DNA from: Eledone cirrhosa
Taxonomy: Eukaryota
Assembly (NCBI GenBank): GCA_964016885.1
Contig: OZ024741.1
Coordinates: 16,120,001 to 16,184,000, forward strand
Reading direction: 5' to 3'
DNA: 64,000 nucleotides
Part shown: positions 42,663-57,600 of the stretch, piece after piece
How the letters are laid out: the number at the start of each line of letters is the position of its first letter
How positions within the stretch are numbered: position 1 is the first letter of the stretch
Notes under the pieces: generated by a model
What the model was told of the DNA's origin: nothing
Databases searched by the model: none
Seen by the model: the letters and a program-made list of their open reading frames with translations, nothing else
Translations under genes and position numbers: made by a program

Positions 42663-45600
42663 ACACCTTCCAACACCTCACAACACCTCACAACACCTCC
42701 CAACGCATCCCAACACCTCCCAACACCTTCCAACACCTCCCAACACCTTCCAACAACTTCCAACACCTCCCAACACCTCCCAACACCCCCAACACTTCCC
42801 AACACCTCCTACACCTTCCTACACCTCCCAACACCTTCCAACACCTTCCAACACCTCCCAACACCTTCCAACACCTCCCAACATCTCCCAACACCTTCCA
42901 ACACCTCCCAACACCTTCCAACACCTCCCAACACCTCCCAACACCCACAACACCCCCAACACCCCCAACACCCCCAACACCCCAACACCTCACAACACCT
43001 CCCAACACATCCCAACACCTTCCAACACCTCCCAACACCTTCCAACACCTTCCAACACCTCCCAACACCTCCCAACACCCCCAACACCTCCCAACACATC
43101 CCAACACCTTCCAACACCTCCCAACACCTTCCAACAACTTCCAACACCTCCCAACACCTCCCAACACCTCCCAACACCTTCCAACAACTTCCAACACCTC
43201 CCAACACCTTCCAACACCTTCCAACACCTCCCAACACCTTCCAACACCTCCCAACACCTTCCAACACCTTCCAACACCTCCCAACACCTCCCAACACCCC
43301 CAACACCTCCCAACACATCCCAACACCTTCCAACACCTCCCAACACCTTCCAACAACTTCCAACACCTCCCAACACCTCCCAACACCTCCCAACACCTCC
43401 CAACACCTTCCAACACCTCCCAACACCTTCCAACACCTTCCAACACCTCCCAACACCTTCCAACACCTTCCAACACCTCCCAACACCTTCCTACACCTTC
43501 CAACACCTCCCAACGCATCCCAACACCTTCCAACACCTCCCAACACATTCCAACACCTCCCAACACCTTCCAACACCTCCCAACACCTCCCAACACCTCC
43601 CAACACCTTCCAACACCTTCCAACACCTTCCAACACCTCCCAACACCTTCCAACACCTCCCAACACCTTCCAACACCTCCCAACACCTTCCAACACCTCC
43701 CAACACCTTCCAACACCTCCCAACACCTTCCAACACCTCCCAACACCTCCCAACACCTCCCAACACCTTCCAACACCTTCCAACACCTTCCAACACCTCC
43801 CAACACCTTCCAACACCTCCCAACACCTTCCAACACCTCCCAACACCTTCCAACACCTTCCAACACCTCCCAACACCTTCCAACACCTTCCAACACCTTC
43901 CAACACCTTCCAACACCTTCCAACACCTCCCAACACCTTCCAACACCTCCCAACACCTTCCAACACCTCCCAACACCTTCCAACACCTCCCAACACCTTC
44001 CAACACCTTCCAACACCTTCCAACACCTTCCAACACCTTCCAACACCTCCCAACACCTTCCAACACCTTCCAACACCTTCCAACACCTCCCAACACCTTC
44101 CAACACCTCCCAACACCTTCCAACACCTCCCAACACCTTCCAACACCTTCCAACACCTTCCAACACCTTCCAACACCTTCCAACACCTCCCAACACCTCC
44201 CAACACCTTCCAACACCTTCCAACACCTCCCAACACCTTCCTACACCTTCCAACACTTCCCAACGCATCCCAACACCTTCCAACACCTCCCAACACCTTC
44301 CAACACCTTCAAACACCTCCCAACACCTTCCAACACTTTCAAACACCTCCCAACACCTCCGAACACCTCCCAACACCTTCCAACACCTCCCAACACCTCC
44401 CAACACCTTCCAACACATCCCAACACCTTCCAACACCTTCCAACACCTTCCAACACCTTCCAACACCTCCCAACACCTCCAACACCTTCCAACACCTTCC
44501 AACACCTTCCAACACCTCCCAACACCTTCCAACAACTTCCAACACCTCCCAACACCTCCCAACACCTCCAACACCTTCCAACACCTCCCAACACCTCCCA
44601 ACACCTTCCAACACCTTCCAACACCTCCCAACACCTTCCAACACCTCCCAACACCTCCCAACACCTTCCAACACCTCCCAACACCTTCCAACACCTTCCA
44701 ACACCTCCAACACCTTCCAACACCTCCCAACACCTCCCAACACCTTCCAACACCTTCCAACACCTCCCAACACCTCCCAACACCTCCCAACACCTTCCAA
44801 CACCTTCCAACACCTTCCAACACCTTCCAACACCTCCCAACACCTCCCAATACCTCCCAACACCTTCCAACACCTCCCAACACCTCCCAACACCTCCCAA
44901 CACCTTCCAACACCTTCCAACACCTCCCAACACCTCCCAACACCTCCCAACACCTTCCAACACCTTCCAACACCTTCCAACACCTTCCAACACCTCCCAA
45001 CACCTCCCAACACCTTCCAACACCTTCCAACACCTCCCAACACCTTCCAACACCTCCCAACACCTCCCAACACCTTCCAACACCTCCCAACACCTTCCAA
45101 CACCTTCCAACACCTCCAACACCTTCCAACACCTCCCAACACCTCCCAACACCTTCCAACACCTTCCAACACCTCCCAACACCTCCCAACACCTCCCAAC
45201 ACCTTCCAACACCTTCCAACACCTCCCAACACCTTCCAACACCTCCCAACACCTTCCAACACCTTCCAACACCTTCCAACACCTTCCAACACCTTCCAAC
45301 ACCTCCCAACACCTCCCAACACCTTCCAACACCTTCCAACACCTCCCAACACCTCCCAACACCTTCCAACACCTTCCAACACCTCCCAACACCTTCCAAC
45401 ACCTTCCAACACCTTCCAACACCTTCCAACACCTTCCAACACCTCCCAACACCTTCCAACACCTCCCAACACCTTCCAACACCTTCCAACACCTCCCAAC
45501 ACCTCCCAACACCTTCCAACACCTTCCAACACCTCCCAACACCTTCCAACACCTTCCAACACCTTCCAACACCTCCCAACACCTTCCAACACCTCCCAAC

Positions 45601-48600
45601 ACCTCCCAACACCTCCCAACACCTCCCAACACCTTCCAACACCTTCCAACACCTCCCAACACCTTCCAACACCTTCCAACACCTCCCAACACCTTCCAAC
45701 ACCTCCCAACACCTTCCAACACCTTCCAACACCTTCCAACACCTTCCAACACCTTCCAACACCTTCCAACACCTTCCAACACCTCCCAACACCTTCCAAC
45801 ACCTCCCAACACCTTCCAACACCTTCCAACACCTCCCAACACCTCCCAACACCTTCCAACACCTTCCAACACCTCCCAACACCTCCCAACACCTTCCAAC
45901 ACCTTCCAACACCTCCCAACACCTTCCAACACCTTCCAACACCTCCCAACACCTCCCAACACCTCCCAACACCTCCCAACACCTTCCAACACCTTCCAAC
46001 ACCTCCCAACACCTCCCAACACCTCCCAACACCTTCCAACACCTTCCAACACCTCCCAACACCTTCCAACACCTCCCAACACCTTCCAACACCTTCCAAC
46101 ACCTTCCAACACCTTCCAACACCTTCCAACACCTTCCAACACCTTCCAACACCTCCCAACACCTTCCAACACCTCCCAACACCTTCCAACACCTCCCAAC
46201 ACCTTCCAACACCTTCCAACACCTTCCAACACCTTCCAACACCTTCCAACACCTTCCAACACCTTCCAACACCTCCCAACACCTTCCAACACCTCCCAAC
46301 ACCTTCCAACACCTTCCAACACCTCCCAACACCTCCCAACACCTTCCAACACCTTCCAACACCTTCCAACACCTCCCAACACCTTCCAACACCTTCCAAC
46401 ACCTCCCAACACCTCCCAACACCTTCCAACACCTCCCAACACCTTCCAACACCTTCCAACACCTCCCAACACCTCCCAACACCTTCCAACACCTTCCAAC
46501 ACCTCCCAACACCTTCCAACACCTCCCAACACCTCCCAACACCTTCCAACACCTCCCAACACCTCCCAACACCTTCCAACACCTCCCAACACCTTCCAAC
46601 ACCTTCCAACACCTCCCAACACCTCCCAACACCTTCCAACACCTCCCAACACCTCCCAACACCTTCCAACACCTCCCAACACCTCCCAACACCTCCCAAC
46701 ACCTTCCAACACCTTCCAACACCTCCCAACACCTTCCAACACCTTCCAACACCTTCCAACACCTTCCAACACCTTCCAACACCTCCCAACACCTTCCAAC
46801 ACCTTCCAACACCTCCCAACACCTTCCAACACCTTCCAACACCTTCCAACACCTCCCAACACCTTCCAACACCTCCCAACACCTCCCAACACCTTCCAAC
46901 ACCTCCCAACACCTTCCAACACCTTCCAACACCTTCCAACACCTCCCAACACCTTCCAACACCTCCCAACACCTTCCAACACCTTCCAACACCTCCCAAC
47001 ACCTCCCAACACCTTCCAACACCTTCCAACACCTCCCAACACCTTCCAACACCTTCCAACACCTCCCAACACCTCCCAACACCTTCCAACACCTCCCAAC
47101 ACCTCCCAACACCTCCCAACACCTTCCAACACCTTCCAACACCTCCCAACACCTTCCAACACCTTCCAACACCTTCCAACACCTTCCAACACCTTCCAAC
47201 ACCTCCCAACACCTTCCAACACCTTCCAACACCTCCCAACACCTTCCAACACCTTCCAACACCTTCCAACACCTCCCAACACCTTCCAACACCTCCCAAC
47301 ACCTCCCAACACCTTCCAACACCTTCCAACACCTTCCAACACCTTCCAACACCTTCCAACACCTCCCAACACCTTCCAACACCTTCCAACACCTTCCAAC
47401 ACCTTCCAACACCTTCCAACACCTCCCAACACCTTCCAACACCTCCCAACACCTCCCAACACCTCCAACACCTTCCAACACCTCCCAACACCTCCCAACA
47501 CCTTCCAACACCTTCCAACACCTCCCAACACCTTCCAACACCTTCCAACACCTCCCAACACCTTCCAACACCTTCCAACACCTCCCAACACCTTCCAACA
47601 CCTTCCAACACCTCCCAACACCTTCCAACACCTCCCAACACCTCCCAACACCTCCCAACACCTCCCAACACCTTCCAACACCTTCCAACACATTCCAACA
47701 CCTTCCAACACCTTCCAACACCTTCCAACACCTCCAACACCTTCCAACACCTTCCAACACCTCCCAACACCTTCCAACACCTCCCAACACCTTCCAACAC
47801 CTCCCAACACCTCCAACACCTTCCAACACCTTCCAACACCTCCCAACACCTTCCAACACCTTCCAACACCTTCCAACACCTCCCAACACCTCCCAACACC
47901 TCCCAACACCTTCCAACACCTTCCAACAGCTCCCAACACCTCCCAACACCTTCCAACACCTCCCAACACCTCCCAACACCTCCCAACACCTTCCAACACC
48001 TCCCAACACCTCCCAACACCTCCCAACACCTCCCAACACCTTCCAACACCTCCCAACACCTTCCAACACCTCCCAACACCTCCCAACACCTCCCAACACC
48101 TCCCAACACCTCCCAACACCTTCCAACACCTTCCAACAGCTCCCAACACCTCCCAACACCTTCCAACACCTCCCAACACCTCCCAACACCTCCCAACACC
48201 TTCCAACACCTCCCAACACCTCCCAACACCTCCCAACACCTCCCAACACCTCCCAACACCTCCCAACACCTCCCAACACCTCCCAACACCTTCCAACACC
48301 TCCCAACACCTTCCAACACCTCCCAACACCTCCCAACACCTCCCAACACCTCCCAACACCTCCCAACACCTTCCAACACCTTCCAACAGCTCCCAACACC
48401 TCCCAACACCTTCCAACACCTTCCAACACCTCCCAACACCTTCCAACACCTTCCAACACCTCCCAACACCTCCCAACACCTTCCAACACCTTCCAACACC
48501 TCCCAACACCTCCCAACACCTTCCAACACCTCCCAACACCTTCCAACACCTCCCAACACCTCCCAACACCTCCCAACACCTCCAACACCTTCCAACACCT

Positions 48601-51600
48601 CCCAACACATTCCAACACCTTCCAACACCTTCCAACACCTTCCAACACCTCCCAACACCTTCCAACACCTTCCAACACCTTCCAACACCTCCCAACACCT
48701 CCCAACACCTCCCAACACCTTCCAACACCTTCCAACAGCTCCCAACACCTCCCAACACCTCCAACACCTTCCAACACCTCCCAACACATTCCAACACCTT
48801 CCAACACCTTCCAACACCTTCCAACACCTTCCAACACCTTCCAACACCTTCCAACACCTTCCAACACCTTCCAACACCTTCCAACACCTTCCAACACCTT
48901 CCAACACCTTCCAACACCTTCCAACACCTCCCAACACCTCCCAACACCTCCCAACACCTTCCAACACCTTCCAACACCTTCCAACACCTTCCAACACCTT
49001 CCAACACCTTCCAACACCTTCCAACACCTTCCAACACCTTCCAACACCTCCCAACACCTCCCAACACCTCCCAACACCTTCCAACACCTTCCAACACCTT
49101 CCAACACCTTCCAACACCTTCCAACACCTCCCAACACCTTCCAACACCTTCCAACACCTTCCAACACCTCCCAACACCTCCCAACACCTCCCAACACCTT
49201 CCAACACCTTCCAACAGCTCCCAACACCTCCCAACACCTCCAACACCTTCCAACACCTCCCAACACATTCCAACACCTTCCAACACCTTCCAACACCTTC
49301 CAACACCTCCAACACCTTCCAACACCTTCCAACACCTTCCAACACCTTCCAACACCTTCCAACACCTTCCAACACCTTCCAACACCTTCCAACACCTTCC
49401 AACACCTCCCAACACCTCCCAACACCTCCCAACACCTTCCAACACCTTCCAACACCTTCCAACACCTTCCAACACCTTCCAACACCTTCCAACACCTTCC
49501 AACACCTCCCAACACCTCCCAACACCTCCCAACACCTTCCAACACCTCCCAACACCTCCCAACACCTTCCAACACCTCCCAACACCTCCCAACACCTTCC
49601 AACACCTTCCAACACCTTCCAACACCTTCCAACACCTTCCAACACCTCCCAACACCTCCAACACCTCCCAACACCTTCCAACACCTCCCAACACCTTCCA
49701 ACACCTTCCAACACCTTCCAACACCTTCCAACACCTTCCAACACCTTCCAACACCTCCCAACACCTCCCAACACCTCCCAACACCTTCCAACACCTCCCA
49801 ACACCTCCCAACACCTCCCAACACATTCCAACACCTTCCAACACCTTCCAACACCTTCCAACACCTCCCAACACCTTCCAACACCTTCCAACAGCTCCCA
49901 ACACCTCCCAACACCTCCAACACCTTCCAACACCTCCCAACACATTCCAACACCTTCCAACACCTTCCAACACCTTCCAACACCTTCCAACACCTTCCAA
50001 CACCTTCCAACACCTTCCAACACCTTCCAACACCTTCCAACACCTTCCAACACCTTCCAACACCTTCCAACACCTTCCAACACCTCCCAACACCTCCCAA
50101 CACCTCCCAACACCTTCCAACACCTTCCAACACCTTCCAACACCTTCCAACACCTCCCAACACCTCCCAACACCTCCCAACACCTTCCAACACCTTCCAA
50201 CAGCTCCCAACACCTCCCAACACCTCCAACACCTTCCAACACCTCCCAACACATTCCAACACCTTCCAACACCTTCCAACACCTTCCAACACCTTCCAAC
50301 ACCTTCCAACACCTTCCAACACCTTCCAACACCTTCCAACACCTTCCAACACCTTCCAACACCTTCCAACACCTTCCAACACCTTCCAACACCTCCCAAC
50401 ACCTCCCAACACCTCCCAACACCTTCCAACACCTTCCAACACCTTCCAACACCTTCCAACACCTTCCAACACCTTCCAACACCTCCCAACACCTCCCAAC
50501 ACCTCCCAACACCTCCCAACACCTTCCAACACCTTCCAACACCTCCCAACACCTCCCAACACCTCCCAACACCTCCCAACACCTCCCAACACCTTCCAAC
50601 ACCTTCCAACACCTTCCAACACCTTCCAACACCTTCCAACACCTCCCAACACCTCCCAACACCTCCCAACACCTCCCAACACCTTCCAACACCTTCCAAC
50701 ACCTCCCAACACCTCCCAACACCTCCCAACACCTCCCAACACCTCCCAACACCTCCCAACACCTTCCAACACCTCCAACACCTTCCAACACCTTCCAACA
50801 CCTCCCAACACCTCCCAACACCTCCCAACACCTCCCAACACCTCCCAACACCTTCCAACACCTTCCAACACCTTCCAACACCTTCCAACACCTTCCAACA
50901 CCTTCCAACACCTTCCAACACCTTCCAACACCTTCCAACACCTCCCAACACCTCCCAACACCTCCAACACCTCCCAACACTCCCAACACCTTCCAACACC
51001 TTCCAACACCTCCCAACACCTCCCAACACCTCCCAACACCTTCCAACACCTCCAACACCTCCCAACACCTCCCAACACCTTCCAACACCTTCCAACACCT
51101 TCCACACCTCCAACACCTTCCAACACCTCCAACACCGCCCAACACCTCCCAACACCTCCCAACACCTTCCAACACCTTCCAACACCTCCCAACACCTCCC
51201 AACACCTCCCAACACCTTCCAACACCTCCCAACACCTCCCAACACCTCCAACACCTTCCAACACCTCCAACACCTTCCAACACCTTCCAACACCTTCCAA
51301 CACCTTCCAACACCTCCCAACACCTCCAACACCTCCCAACACCTTCCAACACCTTCCAACACCTCCCAACACCTCCCAACACCTTCCAACACCTCCAACA
51401 CCTCCCAACACCTCCCAACACCTCCAACACCTTCCAACACCTTCCAACACCTTCCAACACCTCCAACACCTTCCAACACCTCCCAACACCTCCCAACACC
51501 TTCCAACACCTCCCAACACCTCCCAACACCTCCAACACCTTCCAACACCTTCCAACACCTTCCAACACCTCCCAACACCTTCCAACACCTCCCAACACCT

Positions 51601-54600
51601 TCCAACACCTTCCAACACCTCCAACACCTCCCAACACCTCCAACACCTTCCAACACCTCCCAACACCTTCCAACACCTTCCAACACCTTCCAACACCTTC
51701 CAACACCTCCCAACACCTTCCAACACCTTCCCAACACCTTCCAACACCTTCCAACACCTCCCAACACCTTCCAACACCTTCCAACACCTTCCAACACCTC
51801 CCAACACCTTCCAACACCTTCCAACACCTTCCAACACCTTCCAACACCTCCCAACACCTTCCAACACCTCCAACACCTTCCAACACCTCCCAACACCTCC
51901 AACACCTTCCAACACCTTCCAACACCTTCCAACACCTCCCAACACCTTCCAACACCTTCCAACACCTTCCAACACCTCCAACACCTCCCAACACCTTCCA
52001 ACACCTTCCAACACCTTCCAACACCTTCCAACACCTCCAACACCTTCCAACACCTTCCAACACCTCCAACACCTTCCAACACCTCCCAACACCTTCCAAC
52101 ACCTTCCAACACCTTCCAACACCTTCCAACACCTCCAACACCTTCCAACACCTTCCAACACCTTCCAACACCTCCCAACACCTTCCAACACCTTCCAACA
52201 CCTTCCAACACCTCCAACACCTCCAACACCTTCCAACCTTCAACACCTTCCAACACCTTCCAACACCTCCCAACACCTCCAACACCTTCCAACACCTTCC
52301 AACACCTTCCAACACCTCCCAACACCTTCCAACACCTTCCAACACCTTCCAACACCTCCCAACACCTTCCAACACCTCCAACACCTCCAACACCTTCCAA
52401 CACCTTCCAACACCTTCCAACACCTTCCAACACCTCCAACACCTTCCAACACCTCCAACACCTTCCAACACCTTCCAACACCTTCCAACACCTTCCAACA
52501 CCTTCCAACACCTCCAACACCTTCCAACACCTTCCAACACCTTCCAACACCTCCCAACACCTTCCAACACCTTCCAACACCTTCCAACACCTCCCAACAC
52601 CTCCCAACACCTCCAACACCTCCCAACACCTCCCAACACCTTCCAACACCTTCCAACACCTTCCAACACCTCCCAACACCTTCCAACACCTCCCAACACC
52701 TTCCAACACCTTCCAACACCTTCCAACACCTCCCAACACCTTCCAACACCTTCCAACACCTCCCAACACCTTCCAACACCTTCCAACACCTTCCAACACC
52801 TTCCAACACCTCCCAACACCTTCCAACACCTTCCAACACCTTCCAACACCTTCCAACACCTTCCAACACCTTCCAACACCTTCCAACACCTCCCAACACC
52901 TTCCCAACACCTCCCAACACCTCCAACACCTCCAACACCTTCCAACACCTCCCAACACCTCCAACACCTTCCAACACCTTCCAACACCTTCCAACACCTC
53001 CAACACCTCCCAACACCTTCCAACACCTTCCAACACCTCCAACACCTTCCAACACCTTCCAACACCTCCCAACACCTCCAACACCTCCAACACCTTCCAA
53101 CACCTTCCAACACCTTCCAACACCTCCCAACACCTTCCAACACCTTCCAACACCTTCCAACACCTCCCAACACCTTCCAACACCTTCCAACACCTTCCAA
53201 CACCTTCCAACACCTCCCAACACCTTCCAACACCTTCCAACACCTTCCAACACCTCCCAACACCTCCAACACCTTCCAACACCTTCCAACACCTTCCAAC
53301 ACCTCCCAACACCTCCCAACACCTTCCAACACCTTCCAACACCTTCCAACACCTTCCAACACCTTCCAACACCTCCCAACACCTTCCAACACCTTCCAAC
53401 ACCTTCCAACACCTCCCAACACCTTCCAACACCTTCCAACACCTTCCAACACCTCCAACACCTCCCAACACCTCCCAACACCTCCCAACACCTCCAACAC
53501 CTTCCAACACCTCCAACACCTTCCAACACCTCCCAACACCTTCCAACACCTCCCAACACCTTCCAACACCTTCCAACACCTTCCAACACCTCCCAACACC
53601 TTCCAACACCTTCCAACACCTCCCAACACCTTCCAACACCTTCCAACACCTTCCAACACCTTCCAACACCTCCCAACACCTTCCAACACCTTCCAACACC
53701 TTCCAACACCTTCCAACACCTTCCAACACCTTCCAACACCTTCCAACACCTCCCAACACCTTCCAACACCTTCCAACACCTTCCAACACCTCCCAACACC
53801 TTCCAACACCTTCCAACACCTTCCAACACCTCCCAACACCTCCTCAACACCTCCCAACACCTCCCAACACCTCCCAACACCTTCCAACACCTTCCAACAC
53901 CTCCAACACCTTCCAACACCTTCCAACACCTTCCAACACCTTCCAACACCTTCCAACACCTCCCAACACCTCCCAACACCTCCAACACCTTCCAACACCT
54001 CCCAACACCTTCCAACACCTTCCAACACCTTCCAACACCTTCCAACACCTTCCAACACCTCCAAACACCTTCCAACACCTCCCAACACCTTCCAACACCT
54101 CCCAACACCTTCCAACACCTCCAACACCTTCCAACACCTTCCAACACCTTCCAACACCTCCCAACACCTTCCAACACCTCCAACACCTCCAACACCTCCC
54201 AACACCTCCCAACACCTTCCAACACCTTCCAACACCTTCCAACACCTTCCAACACCTCCCAACACCTTCCAACACCTCCCAACACCTTCCAACACCTTCC
54301 AACACCTTCCAACACCTCCCAACACCTCCCAACACCTCCCAACACCTCCCAACACCTCCCAACACCTTCCAACACCTTCCAACACCTTCCAACACCTGCC
54401 AACACCTCCAACACCTTCCAACACCTTCCAACACCTTCCAACACCTCCCAACACCTCCCAACACCTTCCAACACCTCCCAACACCTTCCAACACCTTCCA
54501 ACACCTCCCAACACCTCCAACACCTCCCAACACCTCCCAACACCTCCCAACACCTCCAACACCTTCCAACACCTCCCAACACCTCCCAACACCTTCCAAC

Positions 54601-57600
54601 ACCTCCCAACACCTCCCAATACCTCCCAACACCTCCAACACCTTCCACACCTCCCAACACCTTCCAACACCTCCCAACACCTTCCAACACCTTCCAACAC
54701 CTTCCAACACCTCCCAACACCTCCCAACACCTTCCAACACCTCCCAACAACTTCCAACACCTTCCAACACCTTCCAACACCTTCCAACACCTCCCAACAC
54801 CTCCCAACACCTCCCAACACCTCCAACACCTCCAACACCTTCCAACACCTCCCAACACCTCCCAACACCTTCCAACACCTTCCAACACCTCCCAAAACTC
54901 CCAACACCTTCCAACACCTTCCAACACCTCCCAACACCTCCCAACACCTTCCAACACCTTCCAACACCTCCCAACACCTCCCAACACCTTCCAACACCTT
55001 CCAACACCTTCCAACACCTTCCAACACCTTCCAACACCTCCCAACACCTTCCAACACCTTCCAACACCTCCAACACCTCCCAACACCTTCCAACACCTTC
55101 CAACACCTCCCAACACCTCCCAACACCTTCCAACACCTTCCAACACCTCCCAAAACCTCCCAACACCTTCCAACACCTTCCAACACCTTCCAACACCTCC
55201 CAAAACCTCCCAACACCTTCCAACACCTTCCAACACCTCCCAACACCTCCAACACCTTCCAACACCTCCCAACACCTCCCAACACCTTCCAACACCTTCC
55301 AACACCTCCAACACCTTCCAACACCTTCCAACACCTCCCAAAACCTCCCAACACCTTCCAACACCTTCCAACACCTCCCAACACCTCCCAACACCTTCCA
55401 ACACCTTCCAACACCTCCCAACACCTCCAACACCTTCNNNNNNNNNNNNNNNNNNNNNNNNNNNNNNNNNNNNNNNNNNNNNNNNNNNNNNNNNNNNNNN
55501 NNNNNNNNNNNNNNNNNNNNNNNNNNNNNNNNNNNNNNNNNNNNNNNNNNNNNNNNNNNNNNNNNNNNNNNNNNNNNNNNNNNNNNNNNNNNNNNNNNNN
55601 NNNNNNNNNNNNNNNNNNNNNNNNNNNNNNNNNNNNNACACCTTCCAACACCTCCCAACACCTTCCAACACCTCCAACACCTTCCAACACCTCCCAACAC
55701 CTCCAACACCTCCCAACACCTTCCAACACCTTCCAACACCTTCACACCCCAACACCTTCCAACACCTTCCAACACCTTCCAACACCTTCCAACACCTTCC
55801 AACACCTTCCAACACCTTCCAACACCTCCCAACACCTCCAACACCTTCCAACACCTCCAACACCTTCCAACACCTCCCAACACCTTCCAACACCTTCCAA
55901 CACCTTCCAACACCTCCCAACACCTCCCAACACCTTCCAACACCTCCAACACCTCCCAACACCTTCCAACACCTTCCAACACCTCCAACACCTCCCAACA
56001 CCTCCAACACCTTCCAACACCTTCCAACACCTCCCAACACCTTCCAACACCTCCAACACCTCCCAACACCTTCCAACACCTCCCAACACCTTCCAACACC
56101 TCCAACCCTCCAACACCTCCCAACACCTCCAACACCTCCCAACACCTTCCAACACCTCCCAACACCTTCCCAACACCTTCCAACACCTTCCAACACCTCC
56201 AACACCTTCCAACACCTTCCAACACCTTCCAACACCTTCCAACACCTCCCAACACCTTCCAACACCTCCAACACCTTCCAACACCTCCCAACACCTTCCA
56301 ACACCTTCCAACACCTTCCAACACCTTCCAACACCTCCCAACACCTTCCAACACCTTCCAACACCTCCCAACACCTCCAACACCTTCCAACACCTCCCAA
56401 CACCTTCCAACACCTTCCAACACCTCCAACACCTTCCAACACCTCCCAACACCTTCCAACACCTTCCAACACCTTCCAACACCTCCCAACACCTTCCAAC
56501 ACCTCCCAACACCTCCAACACCTCCAACACCTTCCAACACCTCCCAACACCTCCAACACCTTCCCAACACCTTCCAACACCTCCAACACCTTCCAACACC
56601 TTCCAACACCTCCAACACCTCCAACACCTCCCAACACCTTCCAACACCTTCCAACACCTTCCAACACCTCCCAACACCTTCCAACACCTTCCCAACACCT
56701 TCCAACACCTCCCAACACCTCCAACACCTTCCAACACCTTCCAACACCTTCCAACACCTTCCAACACCTTCCAACACCTTCCAACACCTTCCAACACCTT
56801 CCAACACCTCCAACACCTTCCAACACCTCCAACACCTCCCAACACCTTCCAACACCTTCCAACACCTCCAACACCTTCCAACACCTTCCCAACACCTTCC
56901 AACACCTTCCAACACCTTCCAACACCTTCCAACACCTCCCAACACCTTCCAACCCCTCCAACACCTCCAACACCTTCCAACACCTTCCAACACCTTCCAA
57001 CACCTTCCAACACCTCCCAACACCTTCCAACACCTCCAACACCTTCCAACACCTCCCAACACCTCCAACACCTTCCAACACCTTCCAACCCTCCAACACC
57101 TCCCAACACCTTCCAACACCTACCAACACCTCCCAACACCTTCCAACACCTCCCAACACCTTCCAACACCTTCCAACACCTCCCAACACCTCCCAACACC
57201 TCCAACACCTTCCAACACCTTCCAACACCTTCCAACACCTCCCACACAACCTCCAACACCTCCCAACACCTTCCAACACCTTCCAACACCTTCCAACACC
57301 TCCAACACCTTCCAACACCTCCCAACACCTTCCAACACCTTCCAACACCTTCCAACACCTTCCAACACCTTCCAACACCTTCCCAACACCTTCCAACACC
57401 TTCCAACACCTCCCAACACCTTCCAACACCTTCCAACACCTTCCAACACCTCCCAACACCTTCCAACACCTCCCAACACCTCCAACACCTTCCAACACCT
57501 TCCAACACCTCCAACACCTTCCAACACCTTCCCAACACCTCCAACACCTCCCAACACCTTCCAACACCTCCCAACACCTTCCAACACCTCCCAACACCTT